Source: Treponema sp. (GTDB taxonomy: Bacteria > Spirochaetota > Spirochaetia > Treponematales > Treponemataceae). Taken from it: a stretch of 64,000 nucleotides of DNA. Shown here piece by piece: positions 58,145-64,000 of this stretch (positions are counted from its first letter, which is position 1; every line of letters starts with the position of its first letter). Where the stretch lies: NCBI GenBank assembly GCA_045131275.1, contig JBGUQT010000043.1:53109-117108 (forward strand). The letters are read 5' to 3'. The position numbers and the translations under genes were made by a program. Below the pieces are notes generated by a model. The model saw only the letters and a list, made by a program, of their open reading frames with translations. It was not told the origin of the DNA and searched no databases.

Positions 58145-59355
58145 TTGCTAATCCATATTTCAAGGAAATGATTATCTTTTCTTGATTCATTAATAAATGA
58201 AGTTGGCTTTCCTTTTTTCGTAATCGCAGGGCTCCGTTTCAATCCTATTTCTTTATTTTTTTCCAATTCTCGTAATGTTTTTTGTAATATTTCCCAAGTC
58301 GTAAACACCCCCTGATTTGTGAATAACTCTGATAAAAAAGTATTCATATGAACTGGAGCAGAATAATTTTTTAAAGAATCGAGTACAATCCTTTTCGTAG
58401 AACTTTCATCAATAATTTCGTTTTCAATATTTTCCTCAAACAACGAGGGAACAGATTTTCTCACTTGAATTGAATACAAGTTTTCCCATCTTCTACAAAT
58501 ATCATGAACCATTAACAAACACCCTTCTTCATGATTTGTTGCATGAATCATTCTATATTTTGGTTTTTGCCCTGCTTTTAATCGAATAGGCATATTTACC
58601 ACATATCTGAATCTCTCTTTTAGTTTATTACAATATTGTTCTGATAATCTTTTTTCTGCTTCATAACAATCGATATTTTTACATTGATAATCCTTTATTA
58701 TCTTTTCCCAATAATCACCACCTGCAATAGCTGTAAGTTCCTGTTCAGATTTTATAGTAATGTCATCAAGGCCTCCAAAAATTTGTATTATTGCATCTAT
58801 TTCTGAAATATATACACTTTCAATTCTTTTTACACGACAGGCTTCTCTTATAAAACCAAAAGAATTAAAGTTTATAAATAATTCAATGCTGGCAAAATTT
58901 GAATCCTTATAAAAATCATATAAATCAAAATTTAAACATTTTATTCCAAAAGGGTCTATATACAAAAATACATTCTCATTTTGTTTGTTGTTAAGAATTG
59001 TCTTAATATTATCTTGATAAGTACCTTTTATTATGTTCGCTCTGCTATAAGTTTTTAGGTTTTCTATCAAATCATCAGCATTGTCTCGTTCTATAAAATA
59101 AGAATAGACGGGAGGGCATGGAACAATATTTGATGTAGATAAACAATCTGAAATAATATCTAATGCAATTAAAGGTGAGCCCTTACTTCCGTCGTCAAAC
59201 TTCCCTTTACCTGCAAAGCAATCTACATAATTTACAGGTTTTCTTGTAGTTAAAATTTTTGAAAAATAAGGTTTCAAATAACAGGCTAATAATTCATCTT
59301 TTATTATTGACCATTCATTTTTCTTTACAAAAAATTCTTTTGAATCCTTTGACAT
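58141..59355 (-). CDS. tcmP: Three-Cys-motif partner protein TcmP (methyltransferase-like fold + C-terminal wHTH)
   Basis: WSIIKDELLACYL, YVDCFAGKG...GSPL, FIE, FLYIDPFG, ELFINF, YRMIHATNH. Confidence 0.8.
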   Translation of the reverse strand: MSKDSKEFFVKKNEWSIIKDELLACYLKPYFSKILTTRKPVNYVDCFAGKGKFDDGSKGSPLIALDIISDCLSTSNIVPCPPVYSYFIERDNADDLIENLKTYSRANIIKGTYQDNIKTILNNKQNENVFLYIDPFGIKCLNFDLYDFYKDSNFASIELFINFNSFGFIREACRVKRIESVYISEIDAIIQIFGGLDDITIKSEQELTAIAGGDYWEKIIKDYQCKNIDCYEAEKRLSEQYCNKLKERFRYVVNMPIRLKAGQKPKYRMIHATNHEEGCLLMVHDICRRWENLYSIQVRKSVPSLFEENIENEIIDESSTKRIVLDSLKNYSAPVHMNTFLSELFTNQGVFTTWEILQKTLRELEKNKEIGLKRSPAITKKGKPTSFINESRKDNHFLEIWISK

Positions 59356-59359
59356 TTAT

Positions 59360-61363
59360 TTAGTCTCCTATGCTTTTAATTCGATTTTTTAGCTCATTAT
59401 ACCACTCTTTAGGAGCAAGAGAATTTTCTTGTATTTCATGAAAAAGTTTATAAAGTTGCGGATATTTTATTTCCTTTTTAAGAATTGTTACAAGAAGTTC
59501 GTTTTCAAGTGGTGTAATCATCATGCCGTTTATAACTTCAGCGCCATTTTTACCGCCGTAATATTCCATTTTGCGGCGATTGCGGAAATCTGAAATTACA
59601 TTCATGTGCAAGAAATTTGTTATGAATACACAATAAGACTCAAGATTTTTATGCGCTAACATATAATCGCCCAAATGTCTAGAAACAGGCTCCATTTCCA
59701 TGCGCCGTTGATTTGTGGAATCAGAAAGAGTAGCCTCGATAAGCAAACTGTGTTTCGGATAGCCGTTCTCTGCTTCGTATTCAAAAACCAAATCAGATTC
59801 ACCGCCACCAGCATGAGTTTTTGGTAAAAGGTCAGCTTCTAAAGACAAGTTCATAAATGAAAGAATGTCCCCTTTACGTTCGCTAATTTTGTACCATGCA
59901 ATACCAAGAATATATTCAAAGATTGTTGGAATGTCTGCATCGTCCGTGACAAGTTCTTGAATTTCTTTATCAGCCCGTTTCTGGATAAGCTGTAAAATGT
60001 AGATTAACTGTTTATCAGAGAACTTCTCATCAATAAGCTTGTTGAAACGTTCGGTTCTTTCATCAGCAACAAACTTCTTAATTTCACCAATTTTTGTAAA
60101 TGAAGTCTTTTTATCTTTGTTAATTGCCTTAAGAAGCTTATCTTCATCAAGCTTTAAGTAAGGTGAGATTTCTTCAAGGGATTGGACTTCAGCAAGTTTG
60201 TCAGATTTCTCAAATGCGAGTTTATAAAAATCATCTGGTAATAAAGAGAAATAGTATTTTGGAATTGCATCGAACTTCACATTTTCATCTGCGAAAAGAA
60301 GAGTATCTGATATTTTAAGATAACGTCTGTTCAAATCAAAATAATCTTCCAAAGTACGTTCAACCTTTATCAGGTGCATTGTCTTGAAGAATACAGTCTT
60401 AAATGTTTCTTCATCCTCAAGGTTTGAAAACATGTTTGTATGCTGCAATTGATCAATTGGAGATTTTCTGATTGCAGCACTTGAAGAAGTTTGAAACAAA
60501 AACTTTCTCCAGTGAGTCTTTACATTACCAATGTCAGAAGCTTCATAAAGATCTAAAACTGATTTAGATGTCTTATTATTTTCAAAATAAACTTTTTTTA
60601 TGGCGTTGTACAAGGGTAAATATGCACGATCATAATCTTTACTTTTGCGGTTCAGTCCAACTTTACAGAAAGTCTCTTCTGTTATAGTTTTTTCAGAAAT
60701 AAAATATGCAAGGGCATCTTTATAATTTTGTTGCTGCATAAATATATCTGTAACAATTTCGCCAACATTTGCATCTTGTCCGCGAAACTCTGAAAGTTTA
60801 CTTTCAATAAACTCTGTAATCTCTTTATTGATACAGAGTGGGAACAAATACATAAACTCTTCTTTATTCAGAAAGTTAAACTTTTTCAACAATCGAGCAA
60901 GTAATATAAAAGGTCTTATACCGGTATCTTTGTCTATTGTAATATAAGTTTTTAGCAGCTGCTGGAAATAAATAAAACTATCTTTTGGAATCTGTAAGAA
61001 GTTGTCGCTTGCAAAATCATTACTTTTTGCAACTTCTAAAAGTTTCTTTCCGATTGGTGTTAATCTTCGGTTATCATCAATTAATCCAATATCACGCATA
61101 CCAGATGTTTTCTGACGTGCATCTTTTGCCTTACGAGGTGCATCACCTTCTTTCAAAAAATCACTTTCTTTAATGAAATTATAGTAAGCTTCCTGAACAG
61201 GTTCATTGCTTTCCCATTTTTTATCTTTATATTCAGGCTTCTGCCAAAACTGATTAAGCAAATCAAGCTGCTGTTCAATCTTTTGATTGAAGTTCTGCAT
61301 ACGAAAACTTGTAGTTCCCAAACTGTAATAAAATGATTTAAAAGCAATATTTTCTTCTGCCAT
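59360..61363 (-). CDS. AlwI-family type IIS restriction endonuclease
   Basis: SLGTTSFR, KDARQKTS..GLI wHTH, IRPF, FEY, PKTHAGGGESDL, LLIEATL, EMEPVSRHL. Confidence 0.82.
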   Translation of the reverse strand: MAEENIAFKSFYYSLGTTSFRMQNFNQKIEQQLDLLNQFWQKPEYKDKKWESNEPVQEAYYNFIKESDFLKEGDAPRKAKDARQKTSGMRDIGLIDDNRRLTPIGKKLLEVAKSNDFASDNFLQIPKDSFIYFQQLLKTYITIDKDTGIRPFILLARLLKKFNFLNKEEFMYLFPLCINKEITEFIESKLSEFRGQDANVGEIVTDIFMQQQNYKDALAYFISEKTITEETFCKVGLNRKSKDYDRAYLPLYNAIKKVYFENNKTSKSVLDLYEASDIGNVKTHWRKFLFQTSSSAAIRKSPIDQLQHTNMFSNLEDEETFKTVFFKTMHLIKVERTLEDYFDLNRRYLKISDTLLFADENVKFDAIPKYYFSLLPDDFYKLAFEKSDKLAEVQSLEEISPYLKLDEDKLLKAINKDKKTSFTKIGEIKKFVADERTERFNKLIDEKFSDKQLIYILQLIQKRADKEIQELVTDDADIPTIFEYILGIAWYKISERKGDILSFMNLSLEADLLPKTHAGGGESDLVFEYEAENGYPKHSLLIEATLSDSTNQRRMEMEPVSRHLGDYMLAHKNLESYCVFITNFLHMNVISDFRNRRKMEYYGGKNGAEVINGMMITPLENELLVTILKKEIKYPQLYKLFHEIQENSLAPKEWYNELKNRIKSIGD

Positions 61364-61373
61364 GCAGTGCCCC

Positions 61374-62297
61374 TTAATAATTTGTAATCAAAACTTCGTC
61401 AGTTTTGGAAATATTTTTTTTATGATAGTTTGAATTATTATAAGAAAAATCCAAATGATGACAATTATAGCCTTTTTCACCTAGCCATTGTTTCAAAACA
61501 TCGTTTATTTTACCGTCAGTGGAAAGAACATTCGAAAGTGCAAAACGAATTTTATTATCGTTTAGCTCATCTAAATAGGCAAGCAAGCGTTTTTCTTCGT
61601 TTTCATTCCAAGATTTTTCGTTATATGTAGCACAAGTGATTAAATACGGCGGATCAACATACACAAAATCTTTTACAGAAAGAGAAGAGACCTTTATTCT
61701 CGTAAAATCTTTGTTTAAAAAAGAAATATTCTTGTTAGAAAGTGTAAACAAAAAAGATTTTAGCTTATTTTGCATTCGAATATTAAAATCTCGTTTGCCA
61801 ACAGGAAGATTGAATTCGCCATCGGAATTAAAGCGAATCTGATTATTAAAGGCATAGACAATTAGGACATACAAGAACAAAAAGTAATTTTCATTGCTTT
61901 TTGGCAGCTCGTTGAAGGTTTTTCTTAGATTTAAGAAACCTGTTCGGTTGTAATTTCCTAGACCGTTTGCAGAATTACAATTATAAAATGTATAGCCATT
62001 TTTATTTGAATCAGACAAATTGTAATCGCTAATAATTTTCTGAATTTTCGGAAGAAGAACTTCATAAGAAGTGTTTTTGAAATATGAAAACAAACCGATT
62101 AAGTTAGCATCTATATCATTACAAATAATTTTTTTTGCAGACACATTTACAGCAACATTACAACCTCCACAAAACAAATCTATAAAAGTTGAAATATCTT
62201 TTGGAAAAAGCGGAAGAATCTGAGAAAGTAATTTATATTTACCGCCTGTAAAATTCAGAGGTGATTTGATGACTTCTTGATTTGAGTTTATTTGCAT
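61374..62297 (-). CDS. DNA adenine methyltransferase (Dam/D12 class)
   Basis: SPLNFTGGK, DLFCGG, NQIRFN..G.FN.PVG, YVDPPY, EVLITNY. Confidence 0.92.
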   Translation of the reverse strand: MQINSNQEVIKSPLNFTGGKYKLLSQILPLFPKDISTFIDLFCGGCNVAVNVSAKKIICNDIDANLIGLFSYFKNTSYEVLLPKIQKIISDYNLSDSNKNGYTFYNCNSANGLGNYNRTGFLNLRKTFNELPKSNENYFLFLYVLIVYAFNNQIRFNSDGEFNLPVGKRDFNIRMQNKLKSFLFTLSNKNISFLNKDFTRIKVSSLSVKDFVYVDPPYLITCATYNEKSWNENEEKRLLAYLDELNDNKIRFALSNVLSTDGKINDVLKQWLGEKGYNCHHLDFSYNNSNYHKKNISKTDEVLITNY

Positions 62298-63295
62298 TTA
62301 CAAACAAAAAGCCTCTCTTCATTATCAAGATGTTCAGACTTTCCTGTTGTGAATGCTTTAAACTGTTCAGAGTAAGTTTTTACACTTCCTTTTGTTTTCA
62401 GTGTATTTAAGATTTGAGTGTCAGAGATTCTGGCATTTGAACGGTCATTTCCTTTATTTGCCATATTATTATAAGAAACAACAATGTACTTTGCTTTTAG
62501 ATTTTTTATCAAATCTTCAAAAGCCTCTGGAGCTGAGCGAGTGCAATATTTACTCTTTAAGGCTGTTCTATCCATCTTCTTTGCGACACCAAAGACTTCC
62601 GGCTTTTCCCAGCGAGCAATATTTTCTATAAGATGATATGCATCACAATATTGTCGTGAGTTATATGGTGGGTCTATGTAAACAACATCTGCGGAAATAT
62701 TTTTTACAAGTTCATTTGTATCTTCATTATAGCAATGATTGTGCTTTAAGTTTATATTTGGTTCGGGAACGCACATTGTAAAAGATTCGGGAAACTCTAC
62801 ACCTTTTCTGTACGCATCATAATGACCGCAAGTGTTTGCAATTTTATCAATGCCATAAAGCAATGAAGTAACCAACATCGCTCTTTCACGCGTGTTAATT
62901 TTGCCAGCATTAAATTCATTTTCAATGTTCTCACGAATAAAACCAATTTTAGAACAGTTTTTCCTTGAAAAATAGGTATCTGAAAAATTATCCGTCATAT
63001 AGTTTTCTTCATAAGGCAAGTCAGAATTGTAATAGTCTATATATTTTTCAATTTTTTGGATGTCGAATGCTTCATCGGAAAACCAAGTAAGGTGGCATAA
63101 ATAATTACTATAGAGTATATCGTTTGTGTACAAAGTTTTATCTGTATAAGCGGAAGAAACGGCTCCTGTCCCTGCAAAAATGTCCGCAAAAGTCTCAAAA
63201 TTACCACATTCTTTTGCTATCACATCGCTTATAAACGGCAAGAGACGGTATTTATTACCTAAATAACGACGGTTATTTATTTTTGTTGTTGTCAT
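62288..63295 (-). CDS. DNA adenine methyltransferase (D12 class, second strand-specific MTase)
   Basis: RRYLGNK, DIFAGTG, ANTCGHYDAY, YIDPPYNSRQY, VSYNN, EERLF. Confidence 0.92.
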   Translation of the reverse strand: MTTTKINNRRYLGNKYRLLPFISDVIAKECGNFETFADIFAGTGAVSSAYTDKTLYTNDILYSNYLCHLTWFSDEAFDIQKIEKYIDYYNSDLPYEENYMTDNFSDTYFSRKNCSKIGFIRENIENEFNAGKINTRERAMLVTSLLYGIDKIANTCGHYDAYRKGVEFPESFTMCVPEPNINLKHNHCYNEDTNELVKNISADVVYIDPPYNSRQYCDAYHLIENIARWEKPEVFGVAKKMDRTALKSKYCTRSAPEAFEDLIKNLKAKYIVVSYNNMANKGNDRSNARISDTQILNTLKTKGSVKTYSEQFKAFTTGKSEHLDNEERLFVCKCK

Positions 63296-63394
63296 CGGCT
63301 CATCCTATGTAAGTTATACCATACTTCTAAAAAAAAATATAGTAGTATTATACCGTATAAAGGGAGCTTCGTTGAAGCTTTTTGTAACTTGCGC

Positions 63395-63622
63395 TCATTG
63401 CAGCTCTCCTCCGTGGTTTCTGCAATAGAATGTAATGTCGTCGATAACTTCTGCAAAAGAAAGCGTATGCGCAATGTTGTAATGCTGCAACAAAAGCGCA
63501 ATGGCGTTAAAGCGGTCAAGGTAGTTGAATGCCTGTGTGGTAGAAAGCGAATACTTTTTTGCAAAATCGCTTACAAGAGCAACCATAAATTCTATTTTGT
63601 CTTTTGCAGGAACGGCAGTCAT
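63395..63622 (-). CDS. DUF3791 family protein
   Basis: GAGG RBS; FAKKYSLS..AFNYL......L..HY...HT. Confidence 0.75.
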   Translation of the reverse strand: MTAVPAKDKIEFMVALVSDFAKKYSLSTTQAFNYLDRFNAIALLLQHYNIAHTLSFAEVIDDITFYCRNHGGELQ

Positions 63623-63949
63623 TTTGACCTCTAACAATCAGATTTTACCACGTTTTTATTGAATTTTCAATAAATCCTCACAGAATGGGATAGAAATTCC
63701 CACTGACTTTTACCCAAAAACCCAGTAAAGATTTTAAAATATCCTTTGAGAATTTTTCTAAAATTTACTGAGAATTTTGGAATAACAAAAATTTTTTCAT
63801 TTTTTACTTGCCGATTGCCTCGGATTTTATTAAATTCAAATTGTACTCTTCGGCCGAAGGTATGGGACTTCGTTGAGGTCTCGATTTTATCGCTAGCGGA
63901 GGTGCTTATTAGAGAGCATTTCTAACACAATTCAAAAAGAGGTACAGCT

Positions 63950-64000
63950 ATGATGTACACTACTACAAAACGTCAGAATCCGTTGGATCGTGAAGCGGAT
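63950..64000 (+). CDS. Start of a CDS truncated by the window end
   Basis: GAGG RBS, ATG at 63950, MMYTTTKRQNPLDREAD open to the end. Confidence 0.5.
   Translation, partial: MMYTTTKRQNPLDREAD

Noticed and set aside
62288-62297. Programmed frameshift fusing the two MTases
   Set aside because: The 10-nt overlap fits translational coupling; each ORF has its own complete SAM-binding and DPPY motifs and I see no convincing slippery site with downstream structure.

Overview
Bacterial chromosomal window, ~50% GC by eye with AT-rich segments at ~24.5-26.5 kb and ~57.2-63.8 kb. The host is most likely an anaerobic gut/rumen Treponema-like spirochaete (inferred from lipoprotein signal style and gene content; not proven). 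Left to right: (1) a group IV nitrogenase-like (MarHDK-like) operon interleaved with a polar amino-acid ABC importer and two PLP C-S enzymes; (2) queH, carB, a membrane adenylate cyclase with an apparent CBM2-like extracytoplasmic domain, proS, an aminopeptidase; (3) a xylA-II/DUF4867/xylB pentose operon; (4) an AT-rich islet with an XRE regulator, a lipoprotein and a DUF3800 gene preceded by a short terminated RNA; (5) diguanylate cyclase, rubrerythrin, GH5 lipoprotein; (6) a putative genotoxin-defence/DNA-repair cluster (DUF1848, SPL-like radical SAM, ClbS/DfsB, GyrI-like, SAP, WYL); (7) a LytTR/DUF3021-containing redox membrane operon; (8) AraC-linked oxidoreductase and GNAT-rich operons; (9) an AT-rich defence island (two adenine MTases, AlwI-family REase, TcmP + atypical radical SAM). 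No rRNA, tRNA, CRISPR array or transposase was recognised. All family calls come from motif recognition by eye, not from database searches; several start codons were moved from the ORF track using RBS/-10 context.
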